Assembly: GCF_009834535.1 (NCBI RefSeq)
Contig: NC_045696.1
Location: 74,278,001-74,338,000 of the forward strand
Length of the DNA: 60,000 bases
Source of the DNA: Camelus ferus
Lineage: Eukaryota
Direction of reading: 5' to 3'
Positions within the stretch are counted from its first letter, which is position 1; the number at the start of each line of letters is the position of its first letter. The position numbers and the translations under genes were made by a program. This document shows, piece after piece, positions 12,781 through 25,318 of the stretch. The notes beneath the pieces were generated by a model. That model was not told where the DNA came from, did not search any database, and saw only the letters and a list, made by a program, of their open reading frames with translations.

Positions 12781-14039
12781 TCAGTTTGTTTCTGGGTGGT
12801 GATAAAAATGATTTCTCTACATACATGATTTTTCTCCAGGAATATGTTCATATATTGAATATATTCATATACATTAAATGGGTTAATACCTAAAGAGTGC
12901 TTCTACTTCTGCCTGGCCCAAACACAGCACTCAATGAGTGCTCACTATTTTTTGTATTACCATAGCAAGTAGACCTTCTTTATGGAGGTTAAGGCACAGA
13001 TAGAAAGTTGGGAAACCCATAGGCTACCCACTTTATACGTGACTGAGTTGGTTTTGAGGGAATAAAAAGATACACTGATACTGAAAAGAACTCTGTCTCA
13101 TAAACTAAAATTGTATTGCCAAATGTTATTCAATTTGAATATAAGCAATAATGATAGAGGACATTTCTGACCTACTCATCACTCAACAGATTCAGCACTT
13201 CCACTTGCTTTTTTCTCCTCTAGAGAATGGCAGACAGTGTGTGTCGAATTCACTCCTAGGTAAGAGCTGGCTCTGCCTGAAAATTCCAATCTGTGTCAGA
13301 ACCATGAACAAAGGGCTGAACTTTACTAAACTTGAGACAACTTGCTTTCATTAAACTTGTAAGTTGTATAATGGTTCACTAGTAAAAAAAGGTATTTTTA
13401 GAAGGATGTAGGTTCTTGACAAGAACACAGAGTGACCGTCCTTATTGTCTGATTAATTCAGTTCTCTTTATTCAGGGTTCTCTGTATTCTCTTCGTTCAT
13501 TTTATTTTCTGTGAGTGTTTGAATGGAGACACTAAGGTAGAGTGAGGTGAAGCGATCTGAGAGCAGCTCTGAAGGACATGGTGCCAAGGCCTGAAAATCC
13601 CTGCTCAGATCTGCTTCCCTGAAACAGCTTTGCTCATGTATACACAGCTGTGTAAATTACACTGATTTGAAAGAAACAAAACACCTCTTGTGCTTGTCTT
13701 ACTTGGAGTTCTTTTTCATCCATGCCAGAATTCTTTCTCTGTAAGAATAATAGCAAAGATTTGCTTTGCAAAACTCTGTGCTCAGAGCTCGAAGTGGGGG
13801 TTGGGGAGAAAGGAGAAATTTGATCCTGATTCTTTTTTTTTAATATCATGTAGTAGGCTGAGATTTCCTCCAGTGTGATAAAAAAAAAAAAAAAAATGAG
13901 GCCAGATGGTAGGAGTTGTTTATGGGTTCTAAAGTAAAAGTATTAAGTCATTAAAATTTGGAGGCGTTTCTCATTTATTCCAGCTTCCTCTTCTCATCAA
14001 ACCCCTATTTTATGTGGTTGGAGGTGCAGGGACATGATG

Positions 14040-14420
14040 TCTGGGTGGCAGATGTGACTGCTTCCTTGCATCTGAACTTCAGATGTATTAAGTAAGTTGA
14101 GTTTACACAGCCAGTAATTGGAAGTGTCTGAGTCTGAAAGTCCGAGTCTGCTTTTTGAAACTGTGCTCTTAATTATGATATGTTGTGTTAGAGCACAGGC
14201 TTTGGAGATAACCAGACCTTAGGGCCAAATCACAGGTGAGTCATTTACTAGCTATATGATATCAGAATTGCATCAGCATTCTGAGGCTCAAATTTCTCAA
14301 CTGCAAATAGATATGACATGTACACTGTCCTGTTAGGGATAAAGGGAACTTTAGAAATAGATCCTGATTCATAAGGGGTTCTAAACACACTGAGCTATTG
14401 TTTTAGTTATTATTAATAAT
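14040..14420. mobile_element. Two MIR fragments in opposite orientation
   Basis: 'attaagtaagttgagtttacacagccagtaattgg' (minus) and 'ttagagcacaggctttggag...tctgaggctcaaatttctcaactgcaaat' (plus). Confidence 0.6.
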
Positions 14421-15394
14421 ATTAAAAAGTCCAACAATAGTAAAGGCCCCACTCCATTTCAGTGCTTGTTGACAATCCAGCATCTATGATTCTATGGCTT
14501 TCCTCTCAGGTCTGCCCTTTAAAAGCCAGTGAATTTCTGAAGAATATTTGGATAATAAATAGGTCAGAATACCTTTCTACCTTTTCAAAAGAAAAAAAAA
14601 ATCCATCATGTGCATTCCTGCTTTCATCCTTAAGGGCTAAAATAAAAGCTACCACATCAGCAGAGATTATATTGTTCTCGAATGTTTTCTCCTAGACTTT
14701 TGTGGACTGCGCTGTTCTCTTAGAATCCACATCCCTTCCCTTTTAAGAGCATAAAGGCGATAGCATAGTGTCAGCCACCGCAAGCCTGCAGGAATGTTTT
14801 CCATTTTCATTCTGTGCATGAAAATTAAATTTAATTATTCCTCAACATGTCAAAGGACACTCATCAAGTTAGGCTGGTTTGTGCTGAGCAGAAACTGTGA
14901 ATAAGATTTAATTTGGAAATACTTGTTTCCGCAAATCTTCCTGAACTCTGAGGAAGAATTACTATTTGTGGCAATACATATGGCAAAGCTAATGTGCTGA
15001 CTAAGAAATGCCATTTGAGGTGGAAAAGCTGTGAAATGCATGGCATGTATTTATTCCACCACCTAGTAAATCTTTCACTGAGAAGATATGGACTATAAAG
15101 CCTTGTCCGTAGGAACCAGCCCGCAGAAAGTTATGATTGCATTTAAGGAGGCAGTAGGGATTTATAGAACATATCAACCCTATCAAATTTGATAGAATGC
15201 TTTCAGAATGAAAAAAAAAATAATGCTGACAGGCAAAAACACAGTCATGGCTGTTTTGAAAATGTTGCATAAAATACCAGAGGAAGTCATATACCCTGGC
15301 TATAATAAATTGCTTTGAGCCCAAATAACTTAGATTAACAAAAAAATATGCAATTGAGGGAAGAGAAGAAGGGAGACTGGAGCAAGGAGTATGC

Positions 15395-15570
15395 CTAGTC
15401 ATTGGGCCCAACAGACTTATCTGTGAGGTGGCTTTGAATCCAATTCTTGGTTTCACTGTTTGCTATGTAGCTTTGAGTAACTTAATTACCCTTTGAAAGC
15501 CACAGTAGTATCAGTATTGTTGGATGGTCATGAGGATTAAATGAGATAAAATATGTAAATCACCCACAGG
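15395..15570 (+). mobile_element. MIR fragment
   Basis: 'ctttgaatccaattcttggtttcact...tgaggattaaatgagataaaatatgtaaa'. Confidence 0.6.
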
Positions 15571-15909
15571 GTATGGCGGCTCTCATATTTCTTGGTTGGG
15601 CTGTTACATTGTTGGCAGAGTGAATGGAAGCTGAGAGAATGCAGGTGATTTCAGTAAGGACAAATATGGTTCTGATGGGGCAGGCAGAGCATGTCTGGGA
15701 GGTGAGGATTTGACATCAGTTTCAAACACATAAAATTCCAGTTGCGTACAAGACCAAGGAACTAGAACACACATTTTTTTGGTCTTGGAGATGAAAGTTA
15801 TTATCAGGAGTTGGATAAAGTAGGTCCTTCAATCAGCCAAATATTTTTAACTAGAAGAGTCATAGTGTATTTGTGCCACTCTAATAAATCTTTGAAAAAC
15901 ATGGAATTG

Positions 15910-16525
15910 TGTAATAGTCAGGATTCTCCAGAAAAAAACCAATAGGAAATATAATATAAATAAATGTTAATAAATATATAAATAATATAGAGAGAGAGAG
16001 AGATGGAGGAAGAGATTATTATAAACAATTGGCTCCCACAGTTATGGAGGCTACCATTTGCAATCTGCAGGTTGGAAAGTCGGGAGAGTTGGTCATGTAG
16101 TTCCAGTCTGAGTCAGAAGTTCTGAGAACCAGGAGAACCCACGGTGCAAGTTCTAGTCCAAATCTGAAGGCCTGAGAACTGGAGAGCTGTTGTTGTAAAT
16201 TCTAGTCAAATGCCTGAAAACCAGGAGCTCCCATGGAGTGAGGTGCAGTCTGAAGGCAGGAGAAGACCAGTGTATCAGCTCAGTCAGGCAGGCAGAGGGA
16301 GAATTCTCCCCTGCCTCCCCCTTTTTTTGTTCTATTCAATCCTTAGTGGAATGTGTGGTGCCCCCCCCCCACACTGGGGAGGGCAATCTGCTTTAGTCAG
16401 TCTCCTGATTCAAATGCTAATCTTTTCCAGAAATACCCTCCCAGACACTCTCAGAAATAACGTTTAACCAAATGTCTGGGCACCATGTGACCCAGTCACG
16501 GTGACGCATAAAATTAACCATAACA
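15910..16525 (-). mobile_element. Solo ERVL LTR, MLT2 family
   Basis: TG...CA ends, 'gtcaggattctccagaaa...ccaatagga', 'cataaaattaaccataaca'; perfect 5-bp TSD aattg at 15905-15909 and 16526-16530. Confidence 0.9.
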
Positions 16526-16734
16526 AATTGTATGTAGGATTCAGGGGAACTGTGATTGATGACAAAGTTAGAAGAGTCCACATTTTGTGCATATACCAAG
16601 GAAGGAGGAATTTGAGTTTTCTAAACACTTCTATGGTTGTAGTGACAGGTACCAGCAATAACATATTTTTCTTGATAATAATGAGGAAGAATCTTTTATA
16701 TTAATTCATTGCTTCATCACAGGCAAATATCCTA

Positions 16735-16930
16735 TTGGAGCCTGTAACAACCCCATGAGGTAGGCAGAGTCAACCATGTTATTCTCAACTTGGAGATGAG
16801 GAAAACAAAGCTAGGAGAGGTGAAATGGTTTGCCCAAACTCACACAGATAGAAGTGGGGAAACCCAAAACAGGTAAAAGTCCATCTGACTCTCAACCCAG
16901 CGTCCTCAGTGCTATACCACACTGCCTACT
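16735..16930 (-). mobile_element. MIR
   Basis: 'acaaccccatgaggtagg...agatgaggaaaac...tttgcccaaactcacacag'. Confidence 0.75.
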
Positions 16931-17919
16931 TCTAAATTTTTTAAAGTTGTGATAGTTATGATATAATATATTCTGTTCCTGTGACTCTCCATCTGTAATA
17001 AAACAAATTTTTAAATAGAAATTTAAAATTATCCTATTTGTACTAAAGGTTGTCTTTGAGACATCACTATTGGTACAGTCCCACTAACACATTCCTTGAT
17101 GCACTTCTAAGAAGATAGAATCTCCCATAAACAACAAGCCAAAGTCTTGATACCTAAAGTGATTACACACCATGTCAATCACTCTTTCTACCTTTGCCAC
17201 TGTTGATCTCACTTCAAATGCACAACTTTGCAGGGACTGAAACTAGTCAGTCATGTCACTAGACTTTTAAGATAAAATTATGAAGTGCCAAAAGGAGGTG
17301 GCAGGTTATAAATGGGTGTCATTTATTCATATCTCAGGACAATATGTGCAGACTCTAGGAATTCTGATAACAATTTCTTAAAACCATACACTAACAACAG
17401 TATCCAGGTTTTTGTGTTTGTGGGGGTTGTGTTCCTGTCTGCTGAAATATAACAGGCAGATTAAGAACACACACACATGATTACCATTAGTTTTTATAGC
17501 TCTGTGTCTCCTCTATATAGAATAGCAGTTGATTATGAATATAGAGATTGGTAGTAATGTGGTTATTATTGTTCAGGAAAGTTCCTATTAGTAAAATGAC
17601 TTTTAATTAAAAATTGGGCCTTTGTACCTTATATTTAGAATTCTCAAGTATTTCATATATACTTAATACTTAACATTTTAATTGATTTTCTATCTTCTAT
17701 GTAGGCTTTTAAATTGGACCACTTTATGAACTTCGGTGAAAATAAAAAGCAAAAACTCTAATTTTCTCTTTTTCTTTCTTGCCATATCATCTCACATAAT
17801 AGTAGGTGCCAAAAATCCTCAACATTATTACTCATTGAAATATCTGCTTTCCGTGCCTTTTTAAACATTTTTATAAGTTATTCACATACATTCACATGAC
17901 ACATGAAAAATTCACATGA

Positions 17920-18095
17920 CATAGCTGAGAGGCACCTTAAAGACCATCTGATTGAGCCTTGGCCTAAGCCCCCTGATTTTATAGGTAGGAAAGAAACCTG
18001 TCTCGAAGAGTCAAGTGACTTTCCCGAGATCACACAGTTGGCCAGTCAGAATTGGCACTAGAACTTAGCTTTCAATCCAAGGATTTTTCCACTTC
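17920..18095 (-). mobile_element. MIR-family fragment
   Basis: 'ttttataggtaggaaagaaa...caagtgactttcccgagatcacacagttgg'. Confidence 0.6.
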
Positions 18096-18737
18096 ATTTA
18101 TATAAAATATTATAAATGTAGATGTCAGTATTTTTCATTAATTAAAATTAGCACCAAATACAAAAGGCCATGATTCTCCTCTTAGTATAAGTTGGAAGGA
18201 ACCCTTAGGAAGTAATGACTTTTCCTGCCTATTAGCCAGCAATTGACCACTTATGTGGTATGTCAAGGCTGAATTTTGCCCAGATTTATAACATTTAAGC
18301 AGTCTAGCATTTCATTTTGAGGTGGTTTGGTAGAGGCTACCATAACTAGGCTGCCTCTTCTCTCTGGCAAACCATAATTTGACCCTTTGGATTAAAAATG
18401 AGGTAGAATTTCACTCGTTTCTATCGCATATCATGCAAGCAATATGCAGATATTTTCTACAATGATTGCAGCCCTCCAAAGCCCTGTTTGATATAGCTCT
18501 AATAGTCCTGAACCCTGGAAATGATATAACTTGTGTGGGAAAAGAGGTGAGCATTAGAGTTTGCCAGCAATGTCCAGACATGTCCTTATAAGAAAAACTG
18601 TAGGACTTTTACAGGGAAAGAGGGGCAAAGGTTTACCTCTTATATCTTTACCAGGGCAGAAATTGTGTGGCCATGTGCCATTCAATAAGAATCCTTTTTA
18701 CTGGATTCTTGATACGCAGGGATGAGTTTCTATCTGG

Positions 18738-18743
18738 TTTATT
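18738..18743 (-). terminator. Candidate polyadenylation signal AATAAA
   Basis: Minus strand ...TACATGTATATATAAAAATAAACC..., with a UGUA element just upstream, about 160 nt after the candidate stop. Confidence 0.4.
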
Positions 18744-18904
18744 TTTATATATACATGTATATATGTGTGTATCACAACAGTGAGCAAGCAGGATTTCTAA
18801 ACAAAGAGTTTTAAGTAGAGACCAGTTGTGTGACACACACTGTCTCATGGCAGAGATGCCATCTTTCTTTTGGGAAGGGGTACGTGGTTTGGCACTACTT
18901 TGCT

Positions 18905-18949
18905 TCAGAGCAGTAAATCAGAGCCGTAATCTGTCGGTCCATCTTCTTC
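18905..18949 (-). CDS. Candidate terminal coding exon of an unidentified minus-strand gene (phase 0 reading EEDGPTDYGSDLLL*)
   Basis: Acceptor T-run+ctcatag|GAAG at 18950-18965; two CpGs in 45 nt in CpG-poor DNA; stop in every frame within about 55 nt; AATAAA at 18738-18743; frame not proven. Confidence 0.45.
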   Translation of the reverse strand, partial: EEDGPTDYGSDLLL

Positions 18950-19609
18950 CTATGAGAAAAAAAAATCATTATGTAAGGGCTCTTGAGCCTCACAGATAGG
19001 GTTTTTTCCCCACTGGTCTTTATAACAGGAGAATGTAACACATGTCCATTTAGTGCTTGTACAAGTTCAAGCTTGCATTTTTCTTGTGATCAAGCATTTT
19101 TCCATCCTGCTCCTCAAGCATTTTGCTTGCTCATTATTTACTCAATTTTTGCCTAATGTGTTCCAGGCACTTTTCTAGGCAGTATTAAAATGGAGACATA
19201 CGGTGCTAGTCTGCAAGCAGCTCATTGTCTTATAAAAGTGACAGCCTGGTAAGCAAATACTGGTCTTTGTATTCCTAGTGTGGACAACCCAAACTCCAAA
19301 AGGCCTACAGCTTCAGCCCCTCTCATGTAACTCTTTGCGTTATGTTCCACTTCTGGTCTATTGAGGTGTTTATCTTGTTTTAATGCCACTACGCCATTTA
19401 AATGTTCTCTTTGTGAATTGCCTATCATGATGTGTATTTGAAGCAGAGTAGGGCTTCTCAGCTTGAACTTGAAACTCAAACAAATTGGGGTAAGAAGTCT
19501 CAACATTTGCAGTGGTTTTAAATATTTTATAAAATATAGAATGAGCTGTTAGTTGACAATTTAAAATAAATAAAACATGAGCCTCTGGATTTTAAAAGCA
19601 TTTTGTAAA

Positions 19610-20640
19610 GGAAGTTATTTTAAGCTGTTTATTAGAAAAATCTCATACAAAAATAGTAATAACGAGTCCCCGTGTACCTATCACATAGATGCAATACTGA
19701 GAACCATTCTGCTACTCTTGCTTCATCTGTATTCACCCCAACTCTTTTTTATTTTCTTTTAATCAATGGAAAGAAAGTAGTGGAGCATTTTAAGGCAAAT
19801 GTCTAGCATTATATAATTTCTGCCATAAATACTTCATTCTTTTAACAGAAAAGGATTTTTTAAAAACACACACATTCTCAAAACAACATATTATGCCCAA
19901 CACAATTAACAATAATTCCTTAACATTATCTAATACCTTATCTATGTTTAATTTTCTCCAACTGTCTAAAGAGCTGTCTTTTCATAGTTGCAAAGGACCA
20001 CACGTTGTAACTGTTTGACTTTTCTTTAATTCTCTTTTCATGGATATCAGTTTATGCTCCCCTTTTTTTAAACATCATTTATTTGGGGAAAAAAACGGTA
20101 GAATTTGCCACATTCTGGATTTGGCTGATAATATCTTTGCAGTGTAAATTAACATATTCTTCTTTCTCCTTTTTTTCCCTTAAAACTAGGACTTATATCT
20201 TCAGGTTAATTAGATCAAGTTGTTTTTTCAGGGATATTTTATAGGTAGTGCTTTGTAATTTCTATTGCTTTACATAATGTGGCACATAATATCTATTTAG
20301 TCTATTTTTAGTGACATTAAGATTAATTACAGGGCTCAGGTGGTGTCAACTCAGATCCATCCGTTATAATTTTCCATTAACCATTCACCTAATGGTTATA
20401 GCAGCCACTGTTGATTGTTACCTATTCATTATTCCATTAGGTATTGCAAAAGAGTGATTTTCTAATTCTATCATTTATCTTGCATTTATTAGCTGTGATT
20501 CTTTTATTAAAAAAGAATTTTCCTTCAGTAACTATTTGGATACCCTGACATCCAGTTCATATAGGAAAAGAGGAATAAATGTGTGATTCTCTACCTTTTT
20601 TTTTTTTATCGATTTTCAGAATAATGAATTGGTGCCTTAT
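19610..20640 (-). mobile_element. Old L1 3' end (L1MC-like)
   Basis: Antisense 3'UTR motifs 'caaaaatagtaataacgagtccccgtgtacc', 'ccacattctggatttggctgat', 'ttgcaaaagagtgattttctaattctatcatt'. Confidence 0.75.
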
Positions 20641-20821
20641 CTTGCTGTTGGGTCTCCTTTGTGGTTTAAAGTATCACAAAATTGTTTTTCATTTCCATGT
20701 AAAACTTCTTTATCTTACATGGTTCCTTTTCTGTGACATCCTGATCTAATTTTAAAAAGGAACATTCTCTTAAGTCTTCCTGAGTCCATAAATCATGAAT
20801 CTCCTAAACATTCTTCTGTTT

Positions 20822-21493
20822 TGTGTAAGTCAGTGAAGAAAAGAAGCCATGCTAGGTTTTTCATTCAGAGGAAATGTAATATAGGACGTTGGTTACAAAT
20901 AGGAGGTCTAGAGAAGTAAAAGGGGAAAGATACTGGTAGCTGCGAGATGCTGTTCTAAGCTGAAGGAGAGGGAAAATGGTGGTATGAATATAGATGAAGT
21001 CCACAAGAACTTCAGCACTAAGGCTACTGAGCACCTGCCACTGGCATTGGAGCCACTGCTGTCACCACCATTGCAAGAAGCCTGGAACTCCCATTTCCAC
21101 TGATGTTGCAGTAGCTCAGAAGGCTTCTGTCACTGTTGCTGCTGGAGTCAGCCCACCTGAACACCGTGCTGATGAGGATGATGGGACACTCCCCCCTGAC
21201 ACAGCTGCTGGACCACATTGTCTGAGAGCAACCCAGGAGCCTGCATTCACCCCAAGCAGTTGTCACTGTTCAAGGAGCCAGCAAAACTTAAAACAGGAAG
21301 AAAAATGTCTACTTTTCCTCCTGCCTCTCAGTCTAATCTCCTACATTGTTTCCCATTGATAGAACCAACCAGAAGAACCATGTGAGCAAGGGAGTCTGTG
21401 AAATGTAGTTTTCCGACTTCTCTTCCCTGAAATACTGAGCAAAGCATGAAAGGATAGGATGAAGCTGACAGCAGTCAGACAAATGACCATACA
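20822..21493 (-). mobile_element. Solo ERVL-type LTR (LTR33-like)
   Basis: TG...CA ends, near-TSD tgttt/tgctt; 'cccattgatagaaccaaccagaag...gcaagggagtctgtgaaatgtagtttt'; explains ORFs 20994-21359 and 21024-21266. Confidence 0.7.
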
Positions 21494-22589
21494 TGCTTCT
21501 CTCAGTAAAGCCACTGCTGCAGAGGGAGACAACTCCTCCAAGTCTTCAGTAACATGTGGAGCTGCAGAATTTTTTTCAAGTCTTCTGATTTTCCTTGCTT
21601 ATTATTCCACAAATAGGAAGTTTTATATATGTCTAATGTAGTTTTATAGGCAAATAGGAGTTAAATTTAATTCAGAAATTAAAGAGAGGCCTTTAGTTTC
21701 AGATCAGTGACATACATTTTTAAAGTATTGATTTCAGACCAATTTAGAGATCAAACTATCTGGGCAACAGAAGAAACCAAAGTCATGGCCTTTACTGGGA
21801 GCTTCATCTCTATAAAATATAACATGGGCAGGATCTCTAAGGAAACCTGCCAGATAGTATCTCTGTTAAGTAACAATTTCCATCTGGATCTAGGTTGAGA
21901 CTTTCCAGGTAGTAAGTATGCTCTTCCTGTAGCCAGTCTGTAAACAGGAGGGGAAGCCAAAGAGAGACTCCAACGAGTCCCTCAGACTGTCCTTGTCCAT
22001 ATTATTCTGTAATGTGGTTACTATCTGGTAAGGCTACTTCTCCCTTGTCAGTTTTCTCTTTACTACTTTAAAGCCTTCAGGACCTCAAGATGTTTTGAAA
22101 CTATAGATATAAGCAATCTTCTGTGTGTCCATGCAACAGGAAAGGCTTTGGATCAGTCAGTCCATGTAAGCACAGAGTCAGCATCCAGTGTCCAGGCTCT
22201 CTTGCTGGATGTTCAGTAAATCCCAATAAAATGGTGGTTCAAGATGGTGCCTTTTGTAACCATCATAGTTTAAGAAACTTGAAGAATTTTAAAGAAATTT
22301 TGCTATGTAAATTCATTCCCCATTCTGCTTCAAAGTAAAGAAGAGGGAGGTATTATTTCAAAGGATCAGGCAGAAAAGGCAGATAAAGGAAGAAAAATGG
22401 ATTTGGCATTGGATCTAGAGCAGGGCACCGCATCTTGAATCAACACTACATTTATAAAAAGGAGCCAGGAACAAGTCACCTGTCTACTACATTTTGTTCC
22501 CACTTGGGTACTGTTCAGTCATCTTCCCTAGCTTGGGCGTTTGCATGATTCTGTTTCAACTCTGATTTATTAAGTTGTTACTGTCTGCT

Positions 22590-22880
22590 CTGGTAGAAAA
22601 GCAATATAGAGACACTCTTAAAATCCTGGTGTAGATTGCCTCAGTGAAAAGCCTGTTTTATCACTTACTAGCTGAGGAATTTAGGCAAGGTGCATCACCT
22701 CTCTGTGTAACCCCTCCCCACCCCCCGACCCCACCACCCAGCTTCATTTTCCCTATTTGTAAAATGTGAATAACACTAGCCCTACTTTATCGGGTTGTCT
22801 TGAGAACTAAATGAGATCATATGCTGGCATGTAGCACAATACTTGGCCCATATTTGGTACTAAATAAAGTTACTGTTAAC
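22590..22880 (+). mobile_element. MIR
   Basis: 'cacttactagctgaggaatttaggcaagg...tgtaaaatgtgaataac...ttgtcttgagaactaaatgagat'. Confidence 0.7.
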
Positions 22881-23492
22881 TATGATGATCATCTTTTCAT
22901 TTATTTTAACAACTAAGCAACTATATGATGAAAAATTTATTTTTATTTTCACTTTACAGAAACCAAGGTTTTATGTCTTCCAATTCCCATAGCTAAGCTA
23001 TTACTAGAAGAGTGAGATTCAACCACTGTTTTGAGTACATTTCAATGAAGCCAACTGTCTTTGTGGCTCTAAATCTTAAAATTATGTTTTCTAAGTCTAA
23101 TACTGACCAATGAGCATATCTTGCAGTTTTTTCTTATGCTTCTTCTGTTGATTACTTCTCCAGGCAAAATTGACTGACTTCACTGACCCAAAATCTTTGT
23201 CCAGTTTAAAACTGACCTGTATTCCCGTCTCTTAGTACTTTATTATATCTCCTCAGTCACTCTCTTCACATAGTGAAACATAATGCCTCCAGCTGTAATT
23301 GTATCCTAGAATATCTAGTCAATTTTGAGGCAAAGCCCTTAGGCTTTTCACCGAGGACTTTAGTATTATGTTCCTTGTTCACACTCCTTAATAAAATAAT
23401 AGAAATGAAATCACCACTGGAATTTTAACACCAAAAGGATTGTCTTATTCGGTCTTCTGTTCCTTACTATACCTATAACAAATCTTCCCCCT

Positions 23493-23704
23493 ATGTTTGT
23501 TTATTGATTGATTGGTATATAGTTGATTACCATGTTGTGTTAGTTTCTGGTGTACAGCAAAGTGATTCAGATATATACATATATGTATATGTACACATAT
23601 ATACATACACACACATGTATTTTTTTTCAGATTTTTCTCCATTATAGGTCATTACAAGGTATTGAGTATAGTTCCCTGTGCTATATAGTAGGACCTTGTT
23701 GTTT
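23493..23704 (-). mobile_element. 5'-truncated cetartiodactyl-type L1 3' end
   Basis: 'atagttgattaccatgttgtgttagtttctggtgtacagcaaagtgattcag...tatagttccctgtgctatatagtaggaccttg'; 11-bp TSD atcttccccct at 23482-23492 and 23705-23715. Confidence 0.85.
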
Positions 23705-24970
23705 ATCTTCCCCCTTTATAGATGAGGAAATTCATCATTAAAAATGACTAATTTATCGAAGCTATAGTCTAAGGTGTGGTTGAAATAAACCCTAGGAAGT
23801 GTCAGCCTTCCGTTCTCCAGTCAGTAGAACATATAACTTGGCTTATTGACCTAGAAAATGCTGGGCCACATTTAACGTAACCCTCTGAAGTAGTTCAAGA
23901 GACTGACTTAGTATTTCAGTGCAATGTTGAGCATAAGAAAATAGCCTGGCCTCTAAGAGCTCCCTGTGGAATGATAGATGCAAGGACGTGTGGTTAAATA
24001 ATTAATTTTTAGAGTCCCTGCTTCAGGACTCTTTGCAGCTTATCTATCTGTCTGTCTACCTACCTACCTACCTACTTATTCACTTACTTGTTTTTCAATA
24101 CATTTGACAAATTCAAAACTTCTGTAGAAATATGGCTAAGCCTAATTAGTTCCCACTGACTATTACAGCATCACAGCACTCTACTGGAATCTAATCTGAG
24201 GGATTTACAAACCCTTGGAGGAAATAGAACAGAAGAAGTCAAAGAAGCAAATTCAACTCAAACTGGTCAAGTATTGGGAACTTATTGGCTCATGTAAATG
24301 AGAAGTTCATGACAGAACTAGAAAAGGTGCCCAAATTTTTGGAACAGGTGCCACTTTTCCAGTGAGTCCAGCAAAAGTCCCAAGACACACTATAATTTAA
24401 ACAACTTTGTTTATAAGCCTATCCATGAATCATACGGCCAAGATAAGGGAATATACAATTTTGCCAGGTCTTAGAATTGGGGGTGAAGTGATCTTTCTAT
24501 CCCACCTCATCCATGCCCAATACCGTGTGAATTGAGTGTGGAGAAGGGGTGGTTCCCTATAGGATAATGAAAGTGACAATACCAGAAGAAGACAGAAGGG
24601 ATGCCAGGAATGCAAAAACAAATGTTTACCATATGTGATTAAAAATATGATGACATATATTCCATTATTTCATTCATTCATTCAAACATTAAGAAAACAA
24701 AATATTAAAGCACAACCTTTGCCCTCAAGAAAATCATATCAATGATTTTGAAATAATCATATCAATACATTATTATGGTATATTAGATTCCACAAAATAA
24801 GATATAGAAACTATGCTAGGATATAACTAAATATAACTATGTTATATTTACAGAGGACTTGGCTATGATTTTGTTATTAAATTTCACATTAATGTCCACC
24901 AGTAACATGTTAATATACCTAAATGTACAGAAAACCAAAACAGAGACCTCACTCATAATTCTTGCTGAGG

Positions 24971-25318
24971 TGAGTGAAAATTAATAAACAGACACCTCAG
25001 TTAAAATCAAGTCAGGAGATCTCATGCCCTACAACAAAACCAGAGCACAACAGGAAGAAGAAAGACTTCCAACTGCGTGCCTGGCTAAAGCTCAGCCAAT
25101 GAGAAGTCACTATACTTCAAACTCTTAGTTCCTTCAGTAGACTCTTTACTATAGCTCCCAGCTTCCTCTTCCCCTCTTTGAAAGAGTTCCCCTCGCCTTG
25201 CTGTGTGGGGACTTGAATTGCTGTGGTTGTAGAACTTGAATTGTAATTCTTTGTAGATCCCAAATAAACCCATTTTTGCTGGAGAAATAACTGGCAGTCT
25301 ATTTGTTTTAGGTCAATG
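24971..25318 (+). mobile_element. Short solo ERV LTR (ERV1-like)
   Basis: TG start, CCAAT near 25096, AATAAA near 25263, U5-like end 'ggcagtctatttgttttaggtcaa'. Confidence 0.65.

Noticed and set aside
15001..15456. 151-aa minus-strand ORF
   Set aside because: Non-ATG start inside a MIR, no recognisable domain, composition typical of random AT-rich DNA
20994..21359. 121-aa His/Cys-containing ORF
   Set aside because: Lies entirely within an LTR33-like LTR with GCT/CAC-rich low complexity
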